Numbered from the stretch's first letter, positions 45,197 through 63,511 are shown. The stretch: 64,000 nucleotides of DNA from the human T2T-CHM13v2.0 reference genome, Homo sapiens (GCF_009914755.1 NC_060925.1); one strand, 5' to 3'. Notes: a model not told the origin generated them from the sequence alone. Program-made: numbers and translations.

Positions 45197-45339
45197 TAAT
45201 AGAGATAGGGTTTCTCCATGTTGGTCAGGCTGGTCTTGAACTCCTGACCTCAGGAAATCTGCCTGCCTTGGCCTCCCAAGGTGCTGAGATTACAGGCTTG
45301 AGCCACTGCGCCTGGCCAATTTAGTTTTTAGTGTGTTCA

Positions 45340-45590
45340 CAGAGGTTGCAGTGAGCCCAGATCACACCACTGCACTCTAGTTTGGGCAACAAAGTGAGAC
45401 TTCGTCTCAAAAAAAAAATAGATAAATAAAAGTACAATTAGTAATTTCATTCCTTTTCTCAAGTTCCCAAGGTTTTAGGTAATTCCCAAAAGGTCTCAAC
45501 ATCCAGTCTGCTCTACTTTTAGGATGTGACCTTGATTTCAACTTCTTACATGTCTTATGACTCAAAGTTAGCACTTTTGAAGCATAAAAC
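45340..45590 (-). repeat. Inverted local duplicate of 41559-41822 (unique DNA plus Alu 3' end)
   Basis: Reverse complement aligns to 41559-41822, with about 6 mismatches over the first ~140 bp of unique sequence. The ORF track shows near-identical peptides on opposite strands (41575+ and 45407-). Confidence 0.95.
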
Positions 45591-46190
45591 AAATTTGTAA
45601 CATTTTCATCACCTCAAAAAGAATCTCATTCCTTGTAGCCATCATTTTCCAAACCTCCCATCCCCTCCAATTCTAGGAAAGCACTAATCTATCCTCTGTC
45701 TTATAGATTTGCGTATTCTGGACATTTCATAGAAATGGAATCATGGTTTTTTTTGTAACTGGCTTCTTTCACTCAGCATAATATTTTTGAGGCTTATTCA
45801 AGTTGTAGCATGCATCAGTACTTCATTTTAACATTCCATTATATGGATATACCACTTTTATTTATCCATTCTTCAATTGATGGACATCTGGGTTCTTTCC
45901 ACTTTTGACTATTATGAATAATGCTGTTATGAGCATTTGTGTACACGTTTTTGTGTAGATATGTGTTTTCATTTTTCTTGGATATATACCTAGGAATGGA
46001 ACTGCTGGGTCATATGGTAACTCTTTAGGTTTAACCTTTTGAGGAACTGCCAAACTGTTTTCCGAAGTGGCTGTACCATAGTTTTTACTCTTACGTTTAG
46101 GTCTGTGATCCATTTTGAGGGATTTATTTATTTATTTATTTAGTATATTGTGATATAAAGGTCAAGGTTTTTTTGTTTGTTTGTTTTTGA

Positions 46191-46394
<204 letters not shown>

Positions 46395-48415
46395 TAATCC
46401 ACCCGCCTCGGCCTCCCAAAGTGTTGGGATTACAGGTGTGAGCCCTTGACCAGGGTCAAGGTTTTGTTTTTGATTTTGTTTTTATATGGATATCCAGTTG
46501 TTTCACAGCAACCTGTGTTGAAAAGAAAGTTCTTTCCTCATTGAAATATCTTGGCATCATTGTGGAAAATCAATTGACTATGTGTGGTTCTATTTCTGAA
46601 CTTTTTACTCTGTTTCATTGGTCTGTTCCTTATGTGTCTGAACATTTGTGTCATTTTGGGATTGGTTTCTGTTAAATGTCTTTTCCCTTGAGAATGGGTC
46701 ATATTCTTCTGGTTCTTTGTATATTGAGTCATTTTGGATTGTATCTTGCATATTTATGAATGTTACATTGTGGAGACTCTGGGTTCTGTAATATTCCTCT
46801 GAGGAGTATCGATGTTTTTGTTTTAGCTGGCAATAAGCTGTAAGCTGTGTCGCCTTCTGTGGGTTAAACTTCAAATCTCAGTTTAATTCTTTCAGCCTTT
46901 GCTGTGCTACTTTGAGTCTGTATACATCCAAGAAGGGATTAGTCTGAGATACATGTGGTGTTTATTCTTAGAATTAAGGATCACCTTCTCTGGTTTTCTC
47001 TTGTCTTGGATTCTCCACTCACTCTGGTAGCAGCCATGGTTACCTAGAATCTTTTCCCTATATGTTTGAGTCAGAAAGACGTCACTTTCTGAGTTTTAGT
47101 TACTTAAATTGTGCTATTTTGTAACTTATGCCCACAAGCAGGGCAAAGCCCTCTTAATGCAGGAGTGTACCCCACCCTGTGCATCATTGCTCCATGTTTT
47201 GAGTCCCCTCCACAGTCTGCCTGCTTTTAGTGTGTAATTCAGACTCCTCAGATAATTGTTTTTGTATTTCGTCCAGAATTTATAGTGGTTACAGCAGAAG
47301 GGTTGGTCTACAGGAAGTGTATGCACTACTTGAAATGGAGTTTTCAGTTCTGTCAGGTTTTTCTTTATTTATAATGAATATTATATCTTGATGAATTGAT
47401 CCCTTTAACATTATTTATCTCTTTATATAAGTCTCTATCTGTAATATATCTATCTGTCTTTATCCCTGGTAATATTCTTTGTTCTGAAGTCTTTCTCTCA
47501 TATAACATATGAGCCACTAACATATAGCCACTAGTAGCCATGTCACCTTTCTTTCGGTTATTGTTTTCGTTGCTATATTTTCCATTTAACCTATTTATAC
47601 ATTTATAATTAAACTGGGTTTCTCATAGAAAGCTTAGAGCTGGGTCTTGCTTTTTTATCCAGTCTGGCAATGTTTTTATTTGGAATGTGTAGACTACTTA
47701 CCTTTAGTATAATTATTGCTATAGTTAGGCTAAATCTACTATCTTGTTCTTTGCTATCTATGTTGTATCATTATTTATTTTTTTCCTCATTTCCTGCCTT
47801 CTTTTGGATGGATAGAGTATTTTTAAATGATTCTATTTTATCTCTACTATTGTTTTATTAGGTATAATTTGTTTTTTTTCTTGGTTTACAGTATATATCT
47901 ATAATTTATGAACATTTACCTTCAAATTATATATTTGAATTTGTAGTTGTATAGACATAATATATAGTACATATATATTATATATAGTATAACACTGTAT
48001 ATAGGTAAGTATATCTAATATATCTAATTTTATAATATATAAATATATAATATATATTTGTATTGGCCATTTTGTCCCCCCGTCAGATGTTAATTCCTAC
48101 AAATTTGTGAGTTTTCTAGCTTTCCCTCTGTTACCAATTTCTAACTTTACCCCACTGTAGTTATAGAAGATACTTAGCATAATACCTTCTGTGTGTGTGC
48201 GTGTGTCAAGGTTTCTCTCTGTTGCCCAGGCTGGACACAGACACACACACACACACACACACAAACAAACACACACTATATATATAATTTAAGACACTTA
48301 CAAGAGTATATTTCCCCCCGCCATCCTTTGTGCTATTGTTGTCATACATTGACTTCTATATGTGTTATAAACTTAATGATACATTGTTATCTTTGCTTTA
48401 AACAATTGCCTTTTA

Positions 48416-49372
<957 letters not shown>

Positions 49373-49799
49373 AAACAATTGCCTTTTAAAGAGTCGGGGT
49401 TTTTTTGTTTTTTGTTTTTTGTTTTTGTTTTTTGAGGTGGAGTCTCACTCTGTCACCCAGGCTGGAATGCAGTAGTGCAATCTTGGCACCCTGCAACCTC
49501 TGCCTCCCAGGCTCAAGTGATCTCCCACCTCAACCTCCTGAGTAGCTGTGACCACAGGTGCGCACCACCACGCCCAGCTCATTTTTTGTGTTTTTGGTAG
49601 AGATGGGGTTTCATCATGTTGCCCAGGCTGGTCTTGAACTCCTGAGCTCAAGTGATCCGCCAGCCTTGGCCACCCAAAGTGTGCTGGGATTACAGGCATG
49701 AGCCACCACGCCTGGCGTTAAAGAGATTAAACATGAGAAAAGAGTTATTTTATATTTGATCACATATTTACCATTTCTTTCTTTCTTTCTTTTTTTTGA

Positions 49800-50116
<317 letters not shown>

Positions 50117-51040
50117 TAAATCTAGTTTCTGTCTGGCATTAGATTCCCTCTGCTTGAAGAACTTGCATTAATATTTCTTGCATTAATAGTGCAGGTCTGT
50201 TGGCAATGAATTCTCTTAGCTTTTGTTGATGTGAAAAAGTCTTCATTTCACCTTTATATTCGAAAGATTTTTTCAGGGTATAGAATTCTTGGTGGATTGT
50301 TTTTTTCTTTTCTTTTTCTTTTTATTTATTTATTTATTTTTGAGACAGAGTCTTGCTCTGTTGCCCAGGCTGGAGTTCAGTGGTACGATCTCGGCTCACT
50401 ACAGCCTCTGCCTCCTGGGTTCAAGCAATTCTCTGCCTCAGCCTCCCGAGTAGCTGGGATTATAGGCGCCCGCCACCACGCCCAGCTAATTTTTGTATTT
50501 TTAGTAGAGACAGGGTTTCACCATGTTGGCCAGGCTGGTCTTGAACTCCTGACCTCGTGATCCACCCGCCTTTGCCTCCCAAAGTGCTGAGATTACAGAC
50601 GTGAGCCACTGTGTCTGGCCGATTTTTTAAATTTTTATTTATTTATTTTTTTAAAGTACCAAAAGAAAAAAACAATCACTCCATTGTAATCCCAGCACTT
50701 TGGGAGGCTGAGGCAGCAAGATTGCTTGAGGCCAGGAGCTTGAGATCACCCTGGGCAACATACTGAGACTCTGTCTCTACAAAAAATGAAAAAATAGCTG
50801 GGCATGGTGACACAATGCTGGTAGTCCCACTTACTTGGGAGGCTGAGGCAGGAGGATCACTTCAACCCAGAAGGTTGAGGCTGCAGTGAGCTGTGGTCAT
50901 ACCACTCCACTCCAACCTGGGAGACAGAGCTAAACCCTGTCTCAATTTAAAACAAAATCACTCCAGTCTTCTGGTTTTCATAGTTTCTGATGAGAAGCCT
51001 GCTTGTTTTATTTTTTGGTCTTTTCTATGGATTATTTTAA

Positions 51041-51567
<527 letters not shown>

Positions 51568-51958
51568 TAGTAGAGATGGGGTCTTGCTATGTTCCCCAGG
51601 CTATTCTCACACTCTCAGCCTCAGCAATCCTCCTTCCTCAGACTCCCAAAGCACTGAGATTACAGGCCTGAACCACTGCACCTGGCCTGCAGCATTTTCT
51701 CCTTATCTTTAGTTTTCAGAGTTTCATTTTTACATGTCTAGGTGTTTGTTTCTTATTTGTCCTGCTTGAGGAATATGTGGTTTGATATCTTTTATTATTT
51801 TTGGAAAACTATCAGCCAGTATGTTTTCAGACATTTCTTCAGCCCATTCTTTTTCTCTTGCCTTTCTGGAGGTTCTAGTTACCTGTGTTTTACACTGTTT
51901 GATATTGTCCTAGAGCTTTTGGGTGTTTTATTCTATTTTAGCTCTAATTTTTCTCTTT

Positions 51959-53654
51959 TTTTTTAAAATTTATTTATTTTTTATTGATAATTCTTGGGTG
52001 TTTCTCACAGGGGGGATTTGGCAGGGTCATAGGACAATAGTGGAGGGAAGGTCAGCAGATAAACAAGTGAACAAAGGTCTCTGGTTTTCCTAGGCAGAGG
52101 ACCCTGCGGCCTTCCGCAGTGTTTGTGTCCCTGGGTACTTGAGATTAGGGAGTGGTGATGACTCTTAACGAGCATGCTGCCTTCAAGCATCTGTTTAACA
52201 AAGCACATCTTGCACCGCCCTTAATCCATTTAACCCTGAGTGGACACAGCACATGTTTCAGAGAGTACAGGGTTGGGAGTAAGGTCACAGATCAACAGGA
52301 TCCCAAGGCAGAAGAAGTTTTCTTAGTACAGAACCAAATGAAAAGTCTCCCATGTCTACTTCTTTCTACACAGACACGGCAACCATCCGATTTCTCAATC
52401 TTTTCCCCACCTTTCCCGCCTTTCTATTCCACAAAGCCGCCATTGTCATCCTGGCCCGTTCTCAATGAGCTGTTGGGCACACCTCCCAGACGGGGTGGTG
52501 GCCGGGCAGAGGGGCTCCTCACTTCCCAGTAGGGGCGGCTGGGCAGAGGCGCCCCTCACTTCCCGGGCGGGGCGGCTGGCCGGGCGGGGGGCTGACCCCC
52601 CCACCTCCCTCCCAGACGGGGCGGCTGGCCTGGCGGGAGGCTGACCCCCCTACCTCCCTCCCAGATGGGGCGGCTGGCGGGGCGGGGGGCTGACCCCCCC
52701 CACCTCCCTCCCGGATGGGGCGGCTGGCCTGGCGGGGGGCTGACCCCCACCACCTCCCTCCCGGACGGGGTGGCTGCCGGGCGGAGACGCTCCTCACTTC
52801 CCAGATGGGGCGGCTGCCGGGCAGAGGGGCTCCTCACTTCTCAGACGAGGCGGTTGCCGGGCAGAGGGTCTCCTCACTTCTCAGACGGGGCGGCCGGGCA
52901 GAGATGCTCCTCACCTCCCAGACGGGGTCGCAGCCAGGCAGAGGTGCTCCTCACATCCCAGACGGGGCGGCGGGGCAGAGGCGCTCCCCACATCTCAGAC
53001 GATGGGTGGCCGGGCAGAGATGCTCCTCACTTCCTAGATGGGATGGCGGCTGGGCGGAGATGCTCCTCACTTTCCAGACTGGGCAGCCAGGCAGAGGGGC
53101 TCCTCACATCCCAGATGATGGGCGGCCAGGCAGAGACGCTCCTCACTTCCCAGACGGGGTGGCGGCCGGGCAGAGGCTGCAATCTCGGCACTTTGGGAGG
53201 CCAAGGCAGGCGGCTGGGAGGTGGAGGTTGTAGCGAGCCGAGATCACGCCACTGCACTCCAGCCTGGGCACCATTGAGCACTGAGTGAACGAGACTCCGT
53301 CTGCAATCCCGGCACCTCGGGAGGCCGAGGCTGGCGGATCACTTGCGGTTAGGGGCTGGAGACCAGCTCGGCCAACACAGCGAAACCCCGTCTCCACCAA
53401 AACCAGTCAGGTGTGGCGGCGCGAGCCTGCAATCGCAGGCACTCGGCAGGCTGAGTCAGGAGAATCAGGCAGGGAGGTTGCAGTGAGCCGAGATGGCAGC
53501 AGTACAGTCCAGCTTCGGCTCCGCATGAGAGGGAGACCGTGGAAAGAGAGGGAGAGGGAGACCGTGGGGAGAGGGAGAGGGAGAGGGAGAGGGAGAGGGA
53601 GAGGGAGAGGGAGAGGGAGACGGAGAGGGAGAGGGAGAGGAAACTGAATCTTAA
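51959..53654 (-). mobile_element. Full-length SVA retrotransposon, SVA_F-like, antisense in SNX27 intron 2
   Basis: On + strand: poly(T), reverse SINE-R, short VNTR, Alu-like region, (GGGAGA)~12. TSD TCTAATTTTTCTCTTT at 51943-51958 and 53655-53670. GGGCCAGGATGAC and AAGAATTATCAATAAA on the element strand fit recalled SVA_F diagnostics. Confidence 0.95.
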
Positions 53655-53767
53655 TCTAATTTTTCTCTTTAGATAATTTTTATGGACCTATCATTAAGTT
53701 TGCTGATTTTTTCCTCAGCTGTGTCCAGTCTGCTGATGAGACTGTTAGAGGAACTCTTCATTTTTGA

Positions 53768-54064
<297 letters not shown>

Positions 54065-54977
54065 TGAGCCACTGCGCCCAGCCCATGCGTTTTATTTCTG
54101 TCACTTTCATTTGTTATTTGCTTGTAATTTTCACACCTGCTGAAATTCTGTATCTGTTCATACATGTTTTCTGCCTTTTCCTTTTGCATGAGATCTTTAG
54201 CATTGTTAATCACGGTTATTCTAATAATATGCTGCCTGATAATTTCAACATCTGGGTCATCTCTGAGACTGTTTTATCTCTTGACATAATGTTGGGTTTC
54301 TTTTTTTTTTTTTTTTGAGATGGAGATTTGCTCTTGTTGCCCAAGCTGGAGTACAATGGCTCGATCTTGGCCCACTGCAACCTCCGCCTCCCAGGTTCAA
54401 GCAGTTCTCCTGCCTCAGCCTCCTGAGTAGCTCGAATTACAGGCATGTGCCACCATGCCTGGCTAATTTTGTATTTTTAGTAGAGACAGGGTTTCTCCAT
54501 GTTGGTCAGGCTGGTCTTGAACTCCTGATCTCAGGTGATCACCCGCCTTGGCCTCCCAAAATGCTGGGATTACAGGTGTGAGCCACCGCACCCAGCCTTT
54601 TTTGTTGTTGTTGTTGTTTGTTTGTTTGTTTTCCATTTTTGTTCTGTAATATTTAACAATGTCAAGCATCATGTGTGGAATAATAGTAGAGATGACTGAA
54701 GTAAATAGTGTTTCAACTTGGAAATGGGCAATACTCTTCTGTTAGGGAATGTAGTCAGTTAAGCTGGGCTTGAATTTTGTTATAGCTATCATTACCTTTA
54801 CTGTGCCATAGGCCTCAAGTTTCTCTAGCAATGGGTTGCTATTACCTTGTGCTTAGAGTGAGGGCTGGGGTTCTGAAGGTTTTTAAATTTATTTATTTTT
54901 TGTTTTTTGAGACAAGCTCTCCTTCTATCACTCAGACTGGAGTGCAGTTGCACAATAATGGCTCTTTGCAGCCTTGA

Positions 54978-55440
<463 letters not shown>

Positions 55441-57408
55441 TGATCCACCCGTCTTGGACTCCCAAAGTGCTGGGATTACAGGCGTGAGCCACCGTGCCCG
55501 GCCGACCCTGGAGGGTTTTTTTCAGTGTTTTGTCCTCAGGCTTTCAGCCACCTGTGCATACCAGTACCACAGACAAGTTCTCTCTTTACATTCTTACCCC
55601 TCTGCTACTGGTAGACTACTCTTGCTTTTTACTTGGGCTAGACTCATGGTAGAGGTAGATGTTGTGTAGTTCACCCTTAGTCTTAGGCAGAATCTGTGTC
55701 TCTGTGTCCTGATTCTTTTGCCCTTCCTTCTTATTGCAGCCAAACTCGGCCTTGTATCTGTGGTTAGTCTTGGGAAAGCGTTTCCTGTCCCTCCCTCAGC
55801 TATAGCCGACCTCTGCTTGGTAACAGTGGAGGAACCTGGGCCTAATATGGTTTCCTGCCTCTCCCCAGGGGTATAGAGTATTTTACTTTTACTCCTTCCC
55901 CTGAAGAAGTGGATCTTTGCCTGTGCACTCTGAATGAGAGGATTTACTGCCTGTCTTAGCCTGTTTTCACTGCTTTAATAGAATAACACAGATTGTAGGT
56001 CATTTATAAAGAAAAGTGATTTGGCTTACAGTTCTAGAGCCTGAGAAGTCTAATATCAAGGGGCCACATCTGGTGAAGGCCTTTCTGTTGTGTTATAACA
56101 TGAAGGAAGGCATTCCCTGGTGGGGAAGTGCATGTGAGACAGAGAGCAAATGGGGCCCAAACTCCTGAGATAAATAACCCACTGCCTCAATAATGACATT
56201 AATCACGAGAGTTTTGCCATTACCTCTTAAAGATCCCACTTCTTAATACACTTCGTAATCCCACTTCTTAATATATGATAGCTGCTTAATGTCCTTGTCT
56301 ACTGATTCTTTTGTCTTGGTAACTTCTGAGCCTGTTTCTACTGACTAATTTTTATCCTGGTCATAGGTCAAATTTTCATGCTTTTTTATATGTCTAGTAA
56401 TTTTTGATTGGATATTGTATATTGTGAATGCAGTGTGATTGGGTGCTAGATTTTGTTACATTTCTTTAAAGAGTGTTGGAATTTTTTTTTTTCTCCTGGC
56501 ATACAGTTAAGCTACTTAAAGATTACTTTGGTCCTTTTTAGCTTTGTTTTTAAGCTCTTTTTGAGTAGTTTAGAGTACCTTTTACTCTAGAACCAATTTA
56601 GCTCCATTCCTAAAGCATGGTCTTTTTGAGTTCCCTTCTAAATTCCATGCAGATTTAGGGAGGTCTCTTTATTCTGGCTGGAGGGAAGTTGAATGATTCC
56701 ATAACCTGTGTGAACTCTGGGAATTGTTTATTTACTGCTCCCGGCTGATAATAGTTCTTTCCTTAGATCGTTATTCAGTCAAAATTCAAGGGAACTTAAT
56801 ACAGATTTCTGGAGCTATGTCTTGCTTTAGCTCCCTCTTGCATGATTAGTCCTGCAAATTGTAGCTGCTTTGGCCTCCTCGAACTTCAGTTTCTGTTTAT
56901 TCAACTCAGTGAAGTTGCCAAACTCTGTTTGGGTACCCCTCCCTGAGCTGCAGTTTAGGAGTTACCTCTAGGCAGAAAGCTGAGATTATGTTAGGGATCA
57001 TCTTGTTTGCTTCCCTTTTCTCAGGGATCACCGTTCTTAGCTGCCTGTTGTCCAGTGTCTGAAAATAGTTGTTGCCTACATTGTGTCCAGTTTTCTGGTT
57101 GTATTTAATGGGAGGTTAATTACCACCTGGAAGTCCACAGATTGTTCTGTAAATGGAGAATGTTTTTTATTTAGGGATGATTTGATTAAAAGTTGATTTT
57201 AAATATTCTTGGCTTTAAAAGAAATGCCAGTGGAACTCTACTTCATATTATATAGAGGAATAAGTTCCAGATGGATTAAGGACTTAAATGACAAAACAAA
57301 AAATTAAAAGCTCTTGGCCGGACACGGGTCTCACACCTGTAATCCCAGCACTTTGGGAGGCCGAGGCGGGTGGATCACGAGCTCAAGAGATCCAGACCAT
57401 CCTGGCTA

Positions 57409-57564
<156 letters not shown>

Positions 57565-59268
57565 TTAGCCTGGGTGACAGAGCGAGACTCCGTCTCAAAA
57601 AAAAAAAAAAAAAAAAAGACCAGTGACAAACTGGAAGAAGATATTCACAATACACACAAATGAAACAGATTATGTCAATATATAAAGAACTCCATAAATC
57701 AAATCAATAAGAAAAGCCAAAAAACTTAATATGAAGGTAGGCAAAACGCATGAGTAGGTACTTTACAAAAAATGACACTCACATGGTCAATAAGTATATG
57801 AAGAGATATTAAACATCATTAGTAATTAGGATCACAGAAATCTTTTCACACCAATTCCATTGGCAAAATTAAGAGGATCTTTTTATATATTGCTGAAAGA
57901 GAATAAATTGGTACAACCACTTTAGCTTACATTTCGGCATTATCTCCTGAGGTTGAATATGCATATAACTCTGCAGTTCACTCAGGGTTGTACTCAGAAG
58001 AATATCTTTTGCATGTACAGCAGGAGGCATTTATACAAATGTCAATGGCAGCATTATTCACGGTAGCTAAAATCCAGAAACAACCCAAGTGCTCATGAGT
58101 GGGAGAACAGATTAAAAACAAACGAGCAACTATGATATATTCACACAACAAAATGCTGTATGCAGCAGAGTATACCACAAAGACATATAATGTTGTGATG
58201 AAACTATAGTATAATATTAACTGAAAAAAGTAAGTCCTTTGAAGTATCATTCATCTTGATACTCTATTTTTATAAAACCAAAATATCCTTTAAAATTAGA
58301 ATAAAAATAAAAATTTAAGGATTATATATAAATGCAAAAAATATATAAAAAGAAAAGCAAGGGAATCATGAACATGGTTGGATATGATAACTTTTTGCGG
58401 TCAGAGAAACAGGGACATAAGGATGTGGAATAGAGGAGGCGGAGACTATATGGTGTAAAGTAAATTATTTTCAAGATCTTAGCTTAGCTTTTATTTTGCT
58501 TTTCACATTATCTGCTTAAGGAACTAACAAAAATTCCACTGTTGCTGAAATCATTTTGTTTTTTTGAGACAGTGTGTCCTTCTATTGTCCAGGCTGGAGT
58601 GTAGTGGCAGGATCGTGGCTCACTGCTTCCTCTGCCTCCTGGATTCAAACAATCCTCCCACCTTAGCCTCCTGGGACTACAGGCGCATGCCACCATGCCC
58701 AGCTTCATTTTTGTATTTTTTTGTAGAGACAGGGTTTCACCATGTTGCCCAGGCTGGTCTTGAACTCTTGGACTCAAGCAATCTGCCTGCCTGTCAGCCT
58801 CACAAAGTGTGCTGGAATCACAGACGTGAGCCACCGTGCCCAGGCCGCTTACATCGTTTTTAGGCCTTTTCTTTGGAATCAACTTTAGAGCCAGTTTAGG
58901 CCACACACGAGTATCAGTTACATTGCTTTATAATCAACCCTAGGTTTTCAGCTCCCTTCAAATTTGCTTGCTTATTGACTCACTATATTTACCACATTGG
59001 CTTCAAATGACTTTTAACTTTCTGAAAATAAAATCCACCTTAAAAACTGATAATTGCCTTTGAAGATATTTAAAAGTATGCTAGAGGTCATTTTAATAGC
59101 AAAAATAAGATCACACTCCTCCTGCTGGGTGCGGTGGTTCAAGGTGGGTGGATCACCTGAGGTCAAGAGGTCGAGACCAGCCTGGCCAACATGGTGAAAC
59201 CCCTTCTCTACTAAAAATACAAAAATTAGCCAGGTATGGTGGCGGATGCCTGTAATCCCAGCTATTCA

Positions 59269-59466
<198 letters not shown>

Positions 59467-59575
59467 TTACTTTAAAGTGAGCTTGAATATAGTCTTTGTT
59501 AAATGCATAGCAGAATGCATCTAACCAATATCATCTAAGCCTGACTAGATGATTTTGTGATTTAATTTGTATTAA

Positions 59576-59830
<255 letters not shown>

Positions 59831-60554
59831 TGAGTAGACGTAGGTTCTAGATATGCAACTTCTAAACTGCATAGCTGAATTTCCAGAACCTCAATAGTGA
59901 ATGTAAGTCAGGTTTCTGACTAAGTATTGAATGATCTGAACTTTGAAGGCAAAACTGAAATGTCCAGTACAGTGATCAGTAGCCTGTTTCATTGGTTTGT
60001 TGAATGCTTAACAACAACAGAAAAATGAATATTTAGTTTTTGATGCATTTGGTGATGCCTAATGGACTTTTTTTTTTAGACGGAGTCTCGCTCTGTCGTC
60101 AGGCTGGAGTGCAGTGGCACGATCTCAGCTCAACTGCATCCTCTGCCTCCTGGGTTCAAGTGATTCTCCTGCCTCAGCCTCCTGAGTAGCTGGGACTATA
60201 GGCACATGCCACCACGCCCAGCTAATTTTTGTATTTTTAGTAGAGACAGGGTTTCACCATGTTGGCCAGGATGGTCTCGATCTCTTGACCTCGTGATCCG
60301 CCCACCTCGGCCTCCCAAAGTGCTGGGATTACATGGACCTTTATTTTTAGGGTTATATTATCTGCCAGCAAACACATATAGACTCAGCAATATGCTGAAT
60401 TGATTTGGGAACTAAGTGGGCAATATTAAGACATTTTAAATATTTAAGACATTTTCATTAAAATGATTCTTGGCTTACTGCTGTATCCTACATGAAAACT
60501 TTATTCATTTTACAGGTATTCATAGATAGGTTTGCTGAGTTGTAGGTAATCTAG

Positions 60555-61117
<563 letters not shown>

Positions 61118-62057
61118 GAAGGCAGGGAAATGACACAGATCTCCTCAATAAGATAGCTCATCTTCTGGCTCAGGGAAGAGACCTTTCCTTGCTACATTAT
61201 AAAGTTATATTATTTGGTAGCTGTTCAGTAGGTTTTTCTCTAAAATACTGGCTTATAGAATAACAGTTTTACGTGATATGTAGTCATTCTGTTTCCTTGT
61301 AACTAACTGACCTAGTTGAATATTTTAAAAACTTTTGTAGGGAGCCTTATCGTGAAGAGAAACCATTTTCCCCATAGAAGGTAGTGGAACTTCTTTATCT
61401 GTTTTTAGCTTTTTCTAACATGGACTGGCCTCTCTGAACAAAGCCCTTGGGAAATGAGAAAGGGTACAATTTTTAAAAATCAAACGAAGTAAAGTCACCA
61501 GTTTAATTTACCATTCTCATGAGAGTGTCAGGAAATTAACTTTCTTAAATTTAGAGGATTAGCTACCTACCTTACCTGCCGGCTTGCTTTCCTATCCCAT
61601 CACGTCCCCCCAGTTTTTTTTTTTTTTTTTGGTGGTTGTTTTGAAGCTAAAGTTAAAGTCAGTAAGGTGAAATTATGTGAATTCTTAATTACCTACCCCA
61701 GTTTTCCCAAAATAGCTTTTAATTTTTGTGGTTCTCTGACTGGCCTGTTTTTAGGCCAAATAAATATTTTTCCTTTAGTATTTCAATTTTATATTTGGTT
61801 TATTCCTGATTAATCTTTCCCTACCACTACCTCTTTACCCCATGTTCTGTTGTTCTGCTTGTTAATAGGTCACACAAGACTGCAAAGTTATATTTACGGA
61901 ACTTTTATTTCTCCCTCTGGTTATGTTTAATATTTTTAGCAAGCTACATCTTTGTATTTTCTATTATTTCTTTGTTCTGATCATATTTAGATGAATGTTT
62001 GTCATGCCTTAAAATCTTATATACCAGACATGGTTTGCTGCCTCATTATTGCCTGCT

Positions 62058-62100
62058 ACTGATGATTTAAACTTAAAACTGATGATTTAAACTTAAAACT
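62058..62100 (+). repeat. Perfect 20-bp tandem duplication
   Basis: ACTGATGATTTAAACTTAAA twice, followed by ACT. Confidence 0.95.
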
Positions 62101-62115
62101 TTGATACGTCTTTGA

Positions 62116-62253
<138 letters not shown>

Positions 62254-63511
62254 TAGTGATTATTTTCCTTTTGGCTCCTTGTGGGGGAAAATAAGTTAAA
62301 GGTATTGATTATGCATTAAATTTCCATAAGCTCTCCAAAGGACTCCATTTTTTCTACTTCCTTTTTATATGTATCCTACTTATCTATCCTTTAAGACCTA
62401 GGTCCACTTTCTCTTTGAAGTGCCAGGCCCACTTTCTCTTTGAAACCATCCCTGATGAGTTTTCATCAATTTTTCATTCCACCAAAAACTTTTGCAATTA
62501 GTTCCATTCAGTGATCACATGTTGCTATCTCATTCTCTAATTTTTGTACATATAATCAGATAGTCGCTTTATATTTTTAGCTTACAAGAGTGTGAGCTAC
62601 CTGTAGGTAAGAGCTAAATCTTGACCATCTTTATATTCCCAGTGCCTTACCACAGCATCAAGCATGTTGTAGGTGCTTAATAAATATTAATTGAATAGAA
62701 GAATGAATATTTAATGCCAATATAGTAGTGTGTTATCCACTACTTATTTTATATGTATATGCCTTGTTTTCCCACTAGATTATAAATTTCTTACAGGCAA
62801 GGGCTTACAATAAATCAATGCTTATGATTGTTTCAGGCAATGAGTAGTACTTTTTTAAAAGTGGTAAATGAAAATGGACTTGGTCTGAAATAATTTTCTC
62901 TCGTAAAAATTACAAGGTCAAAAATTACAAGGTTAGAAGAATGTGTTAATCATCAAAAGCAGTAAGAGGATTTCTTTTGAATTAAGGAGAGTAAGAATTG
63001 TTTACCTTTTGCTAGAAGAAAATTGGGCATCAGGCTAACTTTGAAAGGAAAAATGGATGAGACTCAGGTATCCATTTTTTCTTTTAACAATCTCCTGATT
63101 ATTTCAGGGTTCAGAAAGAAACTTAGTATATCTCTTGATCCAGTCTATATGCCTGACCATTAATACCAGAGAATATACATCGAAACTACTGCTTTCAGTT
63201 GTTTTCTCCTCTCACTTGTGAATTCTGAATGGGGAAAGGGAAGCGAATCAAAAATCTCATCTGTGTTTGACCTAGACTGTTTCACGCAAGTTTCCTGTTT
63301 TGAAATGTGAACACGTTGGCTTCAACATGTTTCTTTCCTTCCTGCTTATCTTAAAGATTAACTTCTGCTGCAGCCCTGAAGTCAGCTTTATGACTTGTAA
63401 ATGTATTGATTTTTTTCCCGTTTTCATTGGAACTCACTTCTTCTCTACCACGTTTTAGGTTATTGTCTAGCTAGCTTGTTACAGGGAGAGTGAAGATATA
63501 CTGGGCCATAA

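Noticed and set aside
62058-62100. Box C/D snoRNA (TGATGA and CTGA motifs)
   Set aside because: The motifs arise from the 20-bp duplication; no terminal stem or correctly spaced D box.
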